The notes: generated by a model not told the origin, from the sequence alone. 64,000 nucleotides of DNA from Nitrospinales bacterium (GCA_965223345.1 CBDCWG010000001.1:190846-254845), one strand, 5' to 3'. Positions 1 through 12,393 are shown, counted from the stretch's first letter. Translations and numbers: made by a program.

Positions 1-26
1 GCAGTGGGTCTGCGTTTTTGAGTCAT
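1..26 (-). CDS. 5' end of a gene running off the window (MTQKRRPT...), probably the dcw penicillin-binding protein FtsI
   Basis: ATG at 26, 6 nt after the ftsL stop; identity rests only on canonical dcw gene order. Confidence 0.4.
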
Positions 27-32
27 GAGACG

Positions 33-350
33 TCAGTTCAAAAAAACGGTGACGATCTGACCTTCCTCGGGATTCTGAAGGTCCGTGTGCGAGCGCGCGA
101 GCGCCTGGATGCGGTCCAGCGATTTCAGGCTTTCCCGCTCGACTTTCAACAGCCGGTTTTCGCGCAGCAGTTTGCGTTGATCCTGCGTCAGGGTCTGGTA
201 TTCGTACGCGATCTTCACCATCTTCACGTTGGGCCAGACAAACGCCATCGCGCCGATCATGAACAAAACGCAGACCACAAGCAGCGTGCGCAGCTCCTTG
301 GGAGAAACGTGCAGCCGCGATTTGGCGATGCGGCGTGCGCGCTCAAACAT
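33..350 (-). CDS. ftsL: Cell division protein FtsL
   Basis: 105 aa; basic N-terminus, one TM helix, coiled coil (ENRLLKVERESLKSLDRIQALA); follows rsmH. Confidence 0.85.
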   Translation of the reverse strand: MFERARRIAKSRLHVSPKELRTLLVVCVLFMIGAMAFVWPNVKMVKIAYEYQTLTQDQRKLLRENRLLKVERESLKSLDRIQALARSHTDLQNPEEGQIVTVFLN

Positions 351-505
351 CGGTGGGGCCCGTCATCCGGACGCAGGGGTTCCGGGAAATGAAACCCCGA
401 TCCGCTTCGAATGGGTTGCAGGAAGTGATCATGAACGGTCCCCAAATACGTGCGTGGTTTCAGGCCAAAGCGAGACCTGATGTTTGCCGATTCCGGACAG
501 GCCGG

Positions 506-1450
506 TCACACATAAACTCGTTCCGCGACGCGCATCTTGGCGCTGGAAGAGCGGGGATTGCGCTCGATCTCCGTGGCGTCCGGCACCACGGGTTTTCGGG
601 TGACGGTTTTCAGAGTGGGTTTTCTACCGCAGACGCACACCGGAATCCGCGGAGGGCAGATGCAGCCTTTTTCTTCGTCGCGAAAAAAATTTTTTACGAT
701 GCGGTCTTCCAGAGAGTGAAAAGAGATGATCAGTATACGGGCGCCCGCATTGAGGACTTGCAGCGAATCCTTCAAGGCGGATTTCAAATGCTCCAGCTCC
801 TTGTTCACGACGAGGCGGAGCGATTGAAACACACGGGTCGCAGGATGGGTCTTAGAAGAGGGTTTTGCGGGAATTACTTCGGAAAGAATTTTCGATAATT
901 GGCGGGTTGTAACAATTGGACTGACACCCTGTGCGTTTCGAATCGCTCGTACGATCCGCTTGGATCGGCGCTCCTCGCCGTAGATCTTGAAAACGGAAGC
1001 CAGCTCGGCGTCCGAAAGGTTGACCAGAAGGTCGGCCGCGGTGACGCTGTCGCCCGGGTCCGCCCGCATATCCAATGGTCCGTCTTTTTCCGGCTGGAAG
1101 CTGAAGCCGCGCGCCGGATCCATCAGTTGCAGAGTGGAAACACCGAGATCGAGAATCAGGCCGTCCACCTTGTCGATGTGACGTTGTTGCAGGATCTGCT
1201 GGATTTCGCTGTAATTGCCGTGGGCGGTGTCGAGGCGGTCCGAATAGTTTGCCAGCCGGCTCTGCGCCCGCTCGAGAGCGTGCGGGTCCCGGTCGATTCC
1301 CAGCAGGCGCACGCCGGGGCCCGTATTCTCAAGAATGTAGAGGGAATGGCCTCCATCCCCCAGCGTTCCGTCCACGATCACTGCCTCCTCCTTAACATTC
1401 AAATACTTCAGAACCGCTTCCTTCAAAATCGGTGTGTGATAGTCAAACAT
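506..1450 (-). CDS. rsmH: 16S rRNA m4C1402 methyltransferase RsmH
   Basis: Motifs HTPIL, DGTLGDGGHS, DLGVS, RGFSF, GPLDMR, ISFHSLEDRIVK, NPRSSSAKMR. Confidence 0.97.
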   Translation of the reverse strand: MFDYHTPILKEAVLKYLNVKEEAVIVDGTLGDGGHSLYILENTGPGVRLLGIDRDPHALERAQSRLANYSDRLDTAHGNYSEIQQILQQRHIDKVDGLILDLGVSTLQLMDPARGFSFQPEKDGPLDMRADPGDSVTAADLLVNLSDAELASVFKIYGEERRSKRIVRAIRNAQGVSPIVTTRQLSKILSEVIPAKPSSKTHPATRVFQSLRLVVNKELEHLKSALKDSLQVLNAGARILIISFHSLEDRIVKNFFRDEEKGCICPPRIPVCVCGRKPTLKTVTRKPVVPDATEIERNPRSSSAKMRVAERVYV

Positions 1451-1509
1451 GACCGCACCGGGCCCTCATCGAGACAGGCGGCGTGAGGGAAGATCCCCCG
1501 GCACCCGGC

Positions 1510-1920
1510 TCACCCGTTTTGCACCGCCCATCGCTCGGGATTCCACAACTCAAAGGTCCGGACCATCCCGTTCACCACCGCAGCCGTTCCGTTTTCCAGT
1601 CCCGCCGCCTCCCTCTGGTGAGCGGGGATCAGGATTTTTCCACTTTTGATTTCACAGTACGAAGCCAGAGAATAGAGTTTCCGGACTTTCTCCTTGGCCT
1701 CTTCATCGAAATCGTCCACGTTCTCGTAGTGCTTCTGGTTGGCATCCCACTGTTTTTCCGGGAACACCGTCAGGTACTTGCCGCTGGTTTTGTTCTCCGA
1801 GATGCAGATCACCAGTTGTTCGCTTTCCTGCTTATCCAGCACGGACTTGAATTTCGCCGGCACGTTGAAACGTCCCTTGCCATCCAGATTTATGTTGTAA
1901 GCTCCTAAAAAACTGGCCAT
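1510..1920 (-). CDS. mraZ: Transcriptional repressor MraZ
   Basis: Start refined to MASFLGAYNINLDGKGRFNVPAKF; C-terminal FELWNPERW; first gene of dcw cluster. Confidence 0.92.
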   Translation of the reverse strand: MASFLGAYNINLDGKGRFNVPAKFKSVLDKQESEQLVICISENKTSGKYLTVFPEKQWDANQKHYENVDDFDEEAKEKVRKLYSLASYCEIKSGKILIPAHQREAAGLENGTAAVVNGMVRTFELWNPERWAVQNG

Positions 1921-2014
1921 AATTGTCAACAGCAGCAGGGCTGTAAGAAGAAAGAAAGCGAAGTTCATTTTGTGTAAATTTGGGTTTGGTGCACTTCGTG
2001 ACACATTTAGGCAA

Positions 2015-2042
2015 ATCATAACACAACGGGGGTCCCTGTCAA
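2015..2042 (-). promoter_or_regulatory. Sigma70-type promoter of the dcw cluster
   Basis: Minus strand TTGACA-16 nt-TATGAT with extended TG. Confidence 0.7.
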
Positions 2043-2399
2043 TTGAAATCCCTGCCTTTTTGCGCCGGATTCGACGCATATGTTTTGCAAGTGATTGAAA
2101 AATTGGCGCTTATTTTTCCGTATTTTTTGTGTCGAAAAGTGTCGAATCCGGGCCCATCCTGACCCACCCGGGTGAGCGCGACACATTACGGGGTTTTCCC
2201 TCTCCGGCCATTTAAATTTACACAACTTGTGAATCTTATCTCCGGGCTTTCCGGAGAATGCGCCCATTGAAGGAAAGCGTTTCGGATTGCAGAGGGCGGG
2301 AACGCGGGTTTTTGCACAAGTTGCGCAAGCACGGCGCATCGGCGGGACGGAGCTTGCTTAAACCGTGTTTTGCAAAGGTTTTCGCGCCGGGGAATTACT

Positions 2400-2429
2400 T
2401 TGACAAGCTCAAATTTCGAGTGATACTAT
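2400..2429 (+). promoter_or_regulatory. Sigma70-type promoter of the ccm operon
   Basis: TTGACA (2400-2405), then TGA-TACTAT (-10 at 2424-2429). Confidence 0.6.
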
Positions 2430-2483
2430 TTATTTATAAGGTGTAAATTGCGTCGTTCTCTCTGAAGAGGAAGCGGTATCGAC

Positions 2484-2975
2484 ATGAATTCAAAGAAAGT
2501 GAAATTCGCCATCGGCAGTCTCTTGATCGTGATTGCCATCGCATATCTGATCAGTTCCGGAATCAGTTCCACCTCGCAGTACTTTTTCACGGTGGACGAA
2601 TTGATGAATCAAAAAGTTTCCTATACCGGGGCGGGCCTCAAGGTGAAGGGCAATGTGGTCAACGGTTCGATCCAGCGTGACCCCGATGATTTTTTGAAAG
2701 TCCGGTTTTCCATCGAGGAAAAAGAATCGAACCTGAACGTGGTCTACAACGGCATCACTCCGGATATGTTTGCGGATGGCCGGGAGGTGGTCGTCGAGGG
2801 GACCCTGACACAGGATGGCGTTTTTCATGCCGACACGCTTCTGACCAGTTGTCCTTCTAAGTACGAAGCGGAAAAGGAAGCGGGAAAAACGCATCCGGGA
2901 ACAGCGCCCGATTCGTCCTACGAGGAAAAACCCGGTCTCAAGCCCGAAGGGTCCTCATCCAAGACGACAATTTAA
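2484..2975 (+). CDS. ccmE: Heme chaperone CcmE, CxxxY (System I*) type
   Basis: N-terminal TM, PDMFADGREVVVEG, heme-binding motif TSCPSKY. Confidence 0.95.
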   Translation: MNSKKVKFAIGSLLIVIAIAYLISSGISSTSQYFFTVDELMNQKVSYTGAGLKVKGNVVNGSIQRDPDDFLKVRFSIEEKESNLNVVYNGITPDMFADGREVVVEGTLTQDGVFHADTLLTSCPSKYEAEKEAGKTHPGTAPDSSYEEKPGLKPEGSSSKTTI

Positions 2976-3054
2976 TCCCAATCCTTCTTAATCAGACTCT
3001 CAATGCCGCAACCGGAACCCTGCCGGTATCCGGTGCGCGTGAACAACGTTGCCC

Positions 3055-5070
<2,016 letters not shown>

Positions 5071-5077
5071 CGGCATC

Positions 5078-5560
5078 ATGAAAATGCGAATCCTTCTTTC
5101 ATTTCTATTGCTCTTCGGGCTTGCGCTTTCGGTCGCAGCGCCGTCCGCACAGGCGGCGGAGATGCTGGCCGATCTCGAAAACGCCCTCATGTGCAAGTGC
5201 GACGACAAATGCGGCAAAGTGCTGATCAACTGCACCTGCGCCACCTCCGACAAGACCCGGGCGGAGTTCACCAAGCTGCTCGAATCCGGGCTCACGGTGC
5301 AGAACATCATCGACCAGCAGGTGGAAAAATACGGCGAAACCGTTTTGTCCGCACCCACCAAAGACGGGTTCAACCTGACGGCGTGGGTGATGCCGTTCGC
5401 CGCCCTCATGGTCGGGGGGCTTGGAATCGGCAAGATCATCGAGGTCTGGAAAAAGCGCGCCGCAGGCAGCGCCGCCGATTCCGATACCGACACCGCTCCC
5501 AAAATTCCCAGCAAATATTCCAACCGGCTGAAGCAGGAATTGGACGAGATTGAGTTCTAG
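5078..5560 (+). CDS. ccmH: CcmH-family biogenesis protein with Cys-rich motif
   Basis: Signal peptide, LMCKCDDKC...CTC, KYGETVLSAP...AWVMP plus TM; follows ccmF. Confidence 0.85.
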   Translation: MKMRILLSFLLLFGLALSVAAPSAQAAEMLADLENALMCKCDDKCGKVLINCTCATSDKTRAEFTKLLESGLTVQNIIDQQVEKYGETVLSAPTKDGFNLTAWVMPFAALMVGGLGIGKIIEVWKKRAAGSAADSDTDTAPKIPSKYSNRLKQELDEIEF

Positions 5561-5562
5561 GA

Positions 5563-5901
5563 ATGCGATTTGTCCATTTCATAGAACTGATCCTTGTGGT
5601 TTCCATCCTGGCGGCGGTGGGGATTCCGCTGTTTCGTGGCCTTTCCAAGATCAAACTTTTCTCCAAACCCGACAAGCTGGGTGAAGAATTCAAGCACCTT
5701 CTGATGCGCAAGGAGGAAGTCCTGCTTTCCATCAAGGATCTGGAGTTCGATCTGAAGACCGACAAAATTTCCCAGAGCGACTACGAAGATCTGAGGAGCA
5801 AGCTGGAACTGGAAGCCGCCGGCATTCTGGAAAGACTCGATGAACTGGAAAAACAGAAAAAAAAGGGCGGAAAAGGGCTCCGGCAGGCGAGTGTTCTTTA
5901 A
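5563..5901 (+). CDS. CcmI-N-terminus-like membrane/coiled-coil protein
   Basis: TM helix then IKDLEFDLKTDKISQSDYEDL, resembling the CcmI N-domain; inside ccm operon. Confidence 0.7.
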   Translation: MRFVHFIELILVVSILAAVGIPLFRGLSKIKLFSKPDKLGEEFKHLLMRKEEVLLSIKDLEFDLKTDKISQSDYEDLRSKLELEAAGILERLDELEKQKKKGGKGLRQASVL

Positions 5902-6011
5902 TAATGAATCCCTTCCTTGCCCGCGCCGGCCGCTCGACCCGCACGACTTCCGCATCCCCGTCGCCGTTCCGCTTCTGAGCGGCGTCCACTGAAACGAACT
6001 CGCCTTTCGTC

Positions 6012-6758
6012 ATGTCCGACCCATCCACCACAGCCGCCGATCCCATCATCCAGGTCGAAAAACTCGAAAAAACCTTCGGCGTGCTCAAGGCGGTGGACGG
6101 CATCAGCTTCACCCTCAACCGTGGCGCGTTTCTGACGATTTTCGGCCCCAACGGCGCCGGCAAGACCACACTCATCAAAATGCTCTCCGGCCTCACCCGG
6201 CCGACGCACGGTTCGGCCAAAGTGGCTGGGTTCGACATCACCGAATCCGATGCCCGCATGCGCAAAAACATCGGCGTGATCTCTCATTCCACCGGCCTGT
6301 ACGGAGACCTGACCGCCCTGGAGAACCTGCTGTTCTACGGCAGGATGTACGGCCTGCAGGATGTGCGCGACCGGGCCGTTCAGGCCCTCGATGAAGTGGG
6401 GCTGAAAAACCGGATGCACGACCGCACCCGCACCTTTTCACGGGGCATGCAGCAGCGCGTCTCCATCGCGCGCGCGGTCCTGCACGAACCCTCCGTTCTG
6501 TTTCTCGACGAACCCTTCACCGGCCTCGACCCGCACGGCTCCAACGTGCTGAAAGACTATCTCCACACCCTGCACACGAAAAACCGCACCCTCATCATGA
6601 CGACGCACGACCTTGCCTGCGGCCTGGAGATGGGGGACACCATCGCCGTGCAGGTGCGGGGTCGTTTCGCGCGGCTGGAAAAAGCCGACGCACTGGATCA
6701 GAACCGTTTTGAGGCCCTTTATTTTGAAACCATCGACGACGCCAAGCGCAGCCGCTGA
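6012..6758 (+). CDS. ccmA: Heme exporter ATP-binding protein CcmA
   Basis: Walker A GPNGAGKT, signature FSRGMQQR, Walker B LFLDEP; precedes ccmB. Confidence 0.9.
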   Translation: MSDPSTTAADPIIQVEKLEKTFGVLKAVDGISFTLNRGAFLTIFGPNGAGKTTLIKMLSGLTRPTHGSAKVAGFDITESDARMRKNIGVISHSTGLYGDLTALENLLFYGRMYGLQDVRDRAVQALDEVGLKNRMHDRTRTFSRGMQQRVSIARAVLHEPSVLFLDEPFTGLDPHGSNVLKDYLHTLHTKNRTLIMTTHDLACGLEMGDTIAVQVRGRFARLEKADALDQNRFEALYFETIDDAKRSR

Positions 6759-6776
6759 GGGAGGAACGCGGGAACC

Positions 6777-7457
6777 ATGCAGGAGTACCTGAATCAGATC
6801 GCCGCCATCGTCTCCAAGGACATCGCCACCGAGCTGAAAACGCGGGAGCTGTTCAGCAGCATGTTCGTGTTCGCGGTGCTGGTGATGCTGATCTTCATCT
6901 TTTCGGTGAACCTCAGCATCGAGAAGGCCAACGAGGTGGGGCCGGGCATCCTGTGGGTGGCGATCTTTTTCGCGGGCACCCTGGGGCTCAACCGCTCCTT
7001 CATGCTGGAGAAGGAAAACGGTTGCCTGCAGGGGCTGATCCTGACGCCGGCGGACCGCACCGCCATTTATTTCGGCAAGCTGATCAGCAATTTCGTGTTT
7101 CTGCTCATCATGGAGGCGTTTCTGCTGCCGATATTCATGATCTTCTTCAACGTGGACCTGCTGTCCCACCTCGGGCCGCTTCTGCTGGTGATCCTGTTGG
7201 GAACACTGGGGTTTTGCGCCATCGGGACGCTGCTGTCCTCGCTGTCCTCGAACCTGAAAACCCGCGAGATCATGCTGCCGATTCTGCTGTATCCTTTGAT
7301 CGTGCCCGTGGCCATCGGCTCGGTGCGCATGACCGGGCAGATCCTGGCGGGCGAGCCCTTGTCCGAAATGATGAATTGGATCGGCTTGACCCTTTGTTTT
7401 GATATCATATATATAGGGGCTTCGATCCTGACCATCGACCACATCTTAGAGGAGTAG
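6777..7457 (+). CDS. ccmB: Heme exporter permease CcmB
   Basis: GILWVAIFFAG, FMLEKENGCL, LPILLYPL; about 6 TM. Confidence 0.93.
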   Translation: MQEYLNQIAAIVSKDIATELKTRELFSSMFVFAVLVMLIFIFSVNLSIEKANEVGPGILWVAIFFAGTLGLNRSFMLEKENGCLQGLILTPADRTAIYFGKLISNFVFLLIMEAFLLPIFMIFFNVDLLSHLGPLLLVILLGTLGFCAIGTLLSSLSSNLKTREIMLPILLYPLIVPVAIGSVRMTGQILAGEPLSEMMNWIGLTLCFDIIYIGASILTIDHILEE

Positions 7458-7461
7458 GTGA

Positions 7462-7611
7462 ATGAATCACCTTGCATTTTTATTCGCTGCGAACGCGTTC
7501 GTCTGGGCCGGCGTCATCATTTACCTGGTGACCCTGAAAAAGCGCAACCACTCGCTTCAGAAAGACCTGGACCTGTTGAAAGAGGCCTTCGATAAGGAGA
7601 GCGGCAAATGA
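7462..7611 (+). CDS. ccmD: CcmD-family small membrane protein (49 aa; not in the ORF track)
   Basis: MNHLAFLFAANAFVWAGVIIYLVTLKKRNHSLQKDLDLLKEAFDKESGK; SD upstream; ATGA overlap with ccmC. Confidence 0.85.
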   Translation: MNHLAFLFAANAFVWAGVIIYLVTLKKRNHSLQKDLDLLKEAFDKESGK

Positions 7612-8309
7612 AGCCGGAAGAGTCCAAGGAGAGTTTCGTCCTGCTCTGGATGACCGCCGCGGCGATCCTCGCAGCCATCGTCGCCATCTACATCTACGTT
7701 CCCACCGAAAAAACCGAAGGCCTGATTCAGCGCATCATGTACTTTCACGTTCCCTGCGCCTGGCTTTCGTTTTTCGCGTTTTTCGTCGTCTTCGTGTGCA
7801 GCATTCTTTTTCTGTGGAAAAAGGAACGCGAGTGGGACATCTACGCCCACGCTTCCGCGGAAATCGGCGTGGTCTTCTGTTCCCTGGTTCTCATCACCGG
7901 GCCCATCTGGGCGAAGCCCGTGTGGAACGCGTGGTGGGTCTGGGACGCACGCCTGACCTCGACGTTGATCCTGCTGCTCATTTACGTGGCGTACCTCATG
8001 CTGCGCGGGCAGACCGATCCCGGTTCGATGCGGGCGCGTTACGCGGCGGTGTTGGGAATCGTGGGGTTTCTCGACATCCCGTTGATCCACTTTTCTGTGC
8101 TGTGGTGGCGGACGTTTCATCCCCTGCCCAAGGTGGTCACGCCGGAAGGTTTTGGCGCCGGCATGGACAACTCCATGCTGATCACGCTGTTCATTTCGCT
8201 GGGGGCGTTCACCCTGCTGTATTTCGTGCTGATGGGACAGAGAATCCGACAGGAAAAGATGAGAGATGAAATCGATCGCATCAAAAAAGAAAAGCTCTAT
8301 TCCCATTAA
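7608..8309 (+). CDS. ccmC: Heme exporter/chaperone loader CcmC
   Basis: IMYFHVP, WWD motif WAKPVWNAWWVWDARLT, WWRTFHP. Confidence 0.96.
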   Translation: MKPEESKESFVLLWMTAAAILAAIVAIYIYVPTEKTEGLIQRIMYFHVPCAWLSFFAFFVVFVCSILFLWKKEREWDIYAHASAEIGVVFCSLVLITGPIWAKPVWNAWWVWDARLTSTLILLLIYVAYLMLRGQTDPGSMRARYAAVLGIVGFLDIPLIHFSVLWWRTFHPLPKVVTPEGFGAGMDNSMLITLFISLGAFTLLYFVLMGQRIRQEKMRDEIDRIKKEKLYSH

Positions 8310-8874
8310 AAAATACGCCGCGCTCTATATCGTTCTACTGATCGCCGTGCTGCTGTTTTTCTTCGAGCATTTCAACGAGGAACCGCTGTCGGTCGGCGAG
8401 ATGGAGATCGAGGAAACCCGGGACGAGGAAAAGGCGCACATCGGGTATCTGGCGCCGCGCTTCGCGTTGAAGAACCTGAAAGGCAATCAGGTCGAGCTGG
8501 AGAGCTTTCGCGGGCAGGTGGTGGTGCTCAATTTCTGGGCCACCTGGTGCGTGCCCTGCCGGGTGGAGATGCCCGCGTTCGAGAACCTGTACCGACGCTA
8601 CCGCTCCGAGGGCCTGGCCGTCCTCGCGGTGAGCCTGGACAAGAATGCCGACGCCGAGGTGAAGGAATTCGTGGAGGAATACAAATTGTCCTTCCCGATC
8701 CTGATGGACAGCGACGGCAAGGCGGAAAAACTCTATCCGACCATCAGCATCCCGTTCACGTTCGTGATCGATCAGGAGGGCCGGGTGGTGGCGCGTGTGG
8801 ACGGCGCGAAAAACTGGGAATCCGACGAGACGTTCGAGGCGATCGAATACCTGCTGAACAAAAAGAAGGTGTGA
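8266..8874 (+). CDS. TlpA/CcmG-like membrane-anchored thiol-disulfide reductase
   Basis: TM anchor, LNFWATWCVPCRVEMP, cis-Pro motif IPFTFVID; overlaps ccmC by 44 nt. Confidence 0.9.
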   Translation: MKSIASKKKSSIPIKKYAALYIVLLIAVLLFFFEHFNEEPLSVGEMEIEETRDEEKAHIGYLAPRFALKNLKGNQVELESFRGQVVVLNFWATWCVPCRVEMPAFENLYRRYRSEGLAVLAVSLDKNADAEVKEFVEEYKLSFPILMDSDGKAEKLYPTISIPFTFVIDQEGRVVARVDGAKNWESDETFEAIEYLLNKKKV

Positions 8875-8904
8875 TTGAAATAGAGGCAAAACGGGGGCAG
8901 CCCT

Positions 8905-9339
8905 TTGACGCAAAGAGGATCGATGTTATTTCAAGAGGAGGCGTTAAACGCCAACGAACAGTTTTACCAGGCCTTCAACAGCCGCGACCTGGACCTGATG
9001 AAACGCGTCTGGCACGAGGACGCTTCCGTCGCCTGCATCCACCCCGGCTGGGAAGTGCTGCGCGGCTTCGATTCGATCATCAAGTCCTGGGCGAACATTT
9101 TTCTCGGCTCGGAAAACCTGGAGATCCGCCTGTCAGAGATCGAGCTGACCACCTCCCCGGAGGTGATCTGGGTCAGCTGCCAGGAAAACCTGTTCGCCAT
9201 GTCCATGTCCGGCGTGCAGGTCTCCAAGGTGCACGCGACCAACCTTTTCAAGCGGGCCCGCGGCGGCTGGAAAATGGTCCTGCACCACGCCTCCTCGGTA
9301 CCCAGCGTGCCGCGCGAGCCGCAGATCGACTCCCCCTGA
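8905..9339 (+). CDS. NTF2/SnoaL-like protein
   Basis: ANEQFYQAF, CIHPGW, ATNLF, WKMVLHHAS. Confidence 0.88.
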   Translation: MTQRGSMLFQEEALNANEQFYQAFNSRDLDLMKRVWHEDASVACIHPGWEVLRGFDSIIKSWANIFLGSENLEIRLSEIELTTSPEVIWVSCQENLFAMSMSGVQVSKVHATNLFKRARGGWKMVLHHASSVPSVPREPQIDSP

Positions 9340-9498
9340 TCCCTTGAAGACGCCGAAAACGCCCCCCGGAGGCCCTAGCATGCGCATCCGCGTGGCCGGA
9401 GAAAAATAGTAAGTTATTCAAAAAAAAGGTGTTATCATGTTCAGGTGGGGAGGGTCGCCTCCTCAGGGCCGGATGGAACCCTTTTGTGAGCCGCTGGA

Positions 9499-11394
9499 AT
9501 GGGAGAGCAGGGCATGGACGAGTTGGCATCCAAAAACAACGGAAACTCCTTTGAGGAACGTCTGAAAGATCCCTTTCACGGTCCCCGGGATCAGCCGATC
9601 GAGAACTACGGCATCATCGGCAACATGCACACCGTGGCGCTGGTGAGCGTGGAAGGCTCGATCGACTGGCTGTGCTACCCGCATTTCGATTCCCCGAGCG
9701 TGTTCGCCGCCATTCTGGACCGGGACATAGGCGGTTATTTCAAAATCGCCCCGATCGGCGACTTCAAGAAAAAACAACTGTACCGGCCCGACACCAACGT
9801 TCTGGTGACGCGGTTTCTGCACAAGGACGGCGTCGGCGAGGTCACCGATTTCATGCCCATGGGCGCGCGCCTTGAGGATTCCGGGGAAAACGCCGCCTGC
9901 CAGGTCATCCGCATGGTTCGCGTCGTGCGCGGCGAACTCAAATTCCGGCTGGAGTGTTTCCCCGCCTTCGATTACGGCCGGAAAGACCACACAGTCCAGC
10001 TGGTGAAAGAAGGCGCTGTGTTTGAGTCCGAAAACATGGTGCTGGGCCTGCACTCGCACGTTTCGTTGGGCAAGCAGGATGGTGGCGTGGTTTCCGAATT
10101 CTGCCTCAAATCCGGCGAAGCGCAGTACTTTTTCGTCAAGGGGGCCGACGAAGCCAGCGGCGGCGATATCTGTAAATTGAAACGCGACGCGATCGAGCTG
10201 TTCGGCTCCACCTGCGATTACTGGCGCGCCTGGCTCGCCCGCAGCCATTACCGCGGCCGCTGGCGCGAGATGGTGAACCGTTCCGCGCTCACGCTCAAGC
10301 TGTTGACCTTCGCTCCTACGGGGGCCATCGTCGCCGCGCCCACGACCAGCCTGCCCGAGGAACTGGAAGGAAAGCGCAACTGGGATTACCGGTTCACCTG
10401 GATCCGCGACGCCAGTTTCACCCTGTACGGACTGTTGCGGCTGGGCTTCACCGAGGAAGCGGACGCGTTCATGAAGTGGCTCGAGCACCGCTGCGAAGAG
10501 CTCAATCCCGACGGCTCGCTGCAGATCATGTACGGCATCCGCGGCGAGCACGACCTGCCGGAGATGGAACTGCCGCACCTTTCCGGCTGGAACAATTCCC
10601 GGCCCGTGCGCATCGGCAACGCCGCCCACAAACAGCTGCAGCTGGACATCTACGGCGAGCTGATGGATTCGGTGTATCTGTACAACAAATACGGCCAGCC
10701 CATTTCCTACGACCTGTGGGTGAACCTGCGGCGTCTTTTGGACTGGGTGTGCGACCACTGGATGCACCCGGACGAGGGCATCTGGGAAGTGCGCGGCGGA
10801 CGCCAGCATTTCGTCTATTCCAAGGTGATGTGCTGGGTGGCGCTGGACCGCGGCCTCAGGCTGGCGCAAAAGCGCAGTTTTCCGGCGCCGCACGAACGCT
10901 GGCTGCGCACCCGCGACCAGATCTACGAAGAGGTGATGCAGAAGGGATGGAACCCGCAGGTCGGCAGCTTCGTCCAGTATTACGGTTCGACGACCCTGGA
11001 CGCCAGCACCCTCATCATGCCGCTGGTCATGTTCATCTCCCCCACCGATCCCAGGATGCTGTCCACCATCGACCGCGTCATGGAGAGCCTGGTTTCCGAC
11101 AGCCTGGTGTACCGCTACAAGAACAGCGAATATGACGACGGCGTGAGCGGCGGCGAGGGCACGTTCTCGATGTGCACCTTCTGGCTGGTCGAAGCGCTGA
11201 CCCGCGCAGGCCGTTTGACCGAATCGCGCATGATCTTCGAAAAGATGCTCACCTTCGCCAACCACCTCGGTCTGTACGCCGAGGAAGTGGGCTCGCACGG
11301 CGAGCAGTTGGGCAACTACCCGCAGGCCTTCACCCACCTCGCGCTGATCAGCGCCGCCCACAACCTGGACAAAGCCCTGGGCCGCGGCATCTGA
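9499..11394 (+). CDS. Glycoside hydrolase family 15 (glucoamylase/trehalase-like)
   Basis: [48 protein letters not shown]. Confidence 0.95.
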   Translation: MGEQGMDELASKNNGNSFEERLKDPFHGPRDQPIENYGIIGNMHTVALVSVEGSIDWLCYPHFDSPSVFAAILDRDIGGYFKIAPIGDFKKKQLYRPDTNVLVTRFLHKDGVGEVTDFMPMGARLEDSGENAACQVIRMVRVVRGELKFRLECFPAFDYGRKDHTVQLVKEGAVFESENMVLGLHSHVSLGKQDGGVVSEFCLKSGEAQYFFVKGADEASGGDICKLKRDAIELFGSTCDYWRAWLARSHYRGRWREMVNRSALTLKLLTFAPTGAIVAAPTTSLPEELEGKRNWDYRFTWIRDASFTLYGLLRLGFTEEADAFMKWLEHRCEELNPDGSLQIMYGIRGEHDLPEMELPHLSGWNNSRPVRIGNAAHKQLQLDIYGELMDSVYLYNKYGQPISYDLWVNLRRLLDWVCDHWMHPDEGIWEVRGGRQHFVYSKVMCWVALDRGLRLAQKRSFPAPHERWLRTRDQIYEEVMQKGWNPQVGSFVQYYGSTTLDASTLIMPLVMFISPTDPRMLSTIDRVMESLVSDSLVYRYKNSEYDDGVSGGEGTFSMCTFWLVEALTRAGRLTESRMIFEKMLTFANHLGLYAEEVGSHGEQLGNYPQAFTHLALISAAHNLDKALGRGI

Positions 11395-11458
11395 CACCGG
11401 CGCTTCCTTAAAAATTTCGCGAAGAAAAAAGAGTTCCCGTTTGCGGCAAGCGGCGCGG

Positions 11459-11920
11459 TCAGAGCAGGGGCAGGATCTCCCCCTCAACGCCGTTTTGTGT
11501 GATCTCCAGCCGCCCGACCGTCACCGGCAGGTTGAAGCGGCGCGGTCCCGCGCTTCCGGGATTGAAGTAGAGCGTGTCGCCTGCGGTGCGGTTGACCGGC
11601 TGGTGCGAATGGCCGAACACCACCACGCGTTGGATGGACTCGCCGCTTTTCGCTTCATCGTCCGGAAGGTCGCGGAAAATATGCAGCAGCCGGAAGGATT
11701 TGCCTTCCACCGCGAACGTGAGCTCCTCCTGGAACCGGTGCAGCAGATCCGGATCGTTGTTGCCCGCCACCGCGCGCACCGGCGCCAGCGGTTCCAGCTC
11801 CACGATCACGTCCAGCCCGCCGATGTCCCCCGCGTGCAGGATCAGGTCCACCCCTGCGAGAGCCGTGTAGACCTCCGGCCGCACCAGGCCGTGCGTGTCT
11901 GAGATGACGCCGATTTGCAT
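11459..11920 (-). CDS. YfcE/MJ0936-type metallophosphoesterase
   Basis: Start refined to MQIGVISDTHG; HAGD, GNND, GHSH, NPGS motifs. Confidence 0.92.
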   Translation of the reverse strand: MQIGVISDTHGLVRPEVYTALAGVDLILHAGDIGGLDVIVELEPLAPVRAVAGNNDPDLLHRFQEELTFAVEGKSFRLLHIFRDLPDDEAKSGESIQRVVVFGHSHQPVNRTAGDTLYFNPGSAGPRRFNLPVTVGRLEITQNGVEGEILPLL

Positions 11921-12041
11921 GCGGACCGCTCCCTTCAGGTTGGTGGGAATGTCATGGTAGTCCAGAGAAATTATCAGGTAAAGAAAATTCCCGCGGCGAT
12001 AGGGGAGGGCGTCGATCCTGCGGGTAAAAAACGGGAGGGGG

Positions 12042-12311
12042 CTAGCGCCGTCGGCGCCTGGAGCGTTTGGCCGGCGGCTTCGACAGCCGGACGGTGATGT
12101 TGCTGCCATCCAGAGAGGAACCGTTCAGAGCCTTCATGGCCGCTTCCGCATCGGCCTGCCGCGGCATTTCAATGAAACCGAAGCCTTTGCTCTGTCCGGT
12201 GAAGGAATCGATGACCCGGTTGACCGCGGTCACCTCTCCATGTTCGGCAAAGATGTCCCGCAACGCGGCGTCGGTTGCGAGGAAGGGCAGGTTGCCGACG
12301 TATAATCTCAT
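12042..12311 (-). CDS. RRM (RNP-1) RNA-binding protein
   Basis: RNP2 LYVGNL, RNP1 KGFGFIEM, Arg-rich tail. Confidence 0.93.
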   Translation of the reverse strand: MRLYVGNLPFLATDAALRDIFAEHGEVTAVNRVIDSFTGQSKGFGFIEMPRQADAEAAMKALNGSSLDGSNITVRLSKPPAKRSRRRRR

Positions 12312-12393
12312 AACTCGGGTTCTCCTTTCTCATGCGGCGTGCAGGGTGCGGGTTCCGGAGGTCACCGGCCCTGAAGAAAAGGGAATGGGAAAT

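Noticed and set aside
2050-2400. RNase P RNA or other ncRNA upstream of mraZ
   Set aside because: No GAGGAAAGUCC or other recognisable conserved motif on either strand
9463-11487. Long antisense ORFs (e.g. 9463-11487, 20816-22912, 34997-36469, 43773-45539, 50543-53107)
   Set aside because: Shadow frames of GC-rich genes with no motifs
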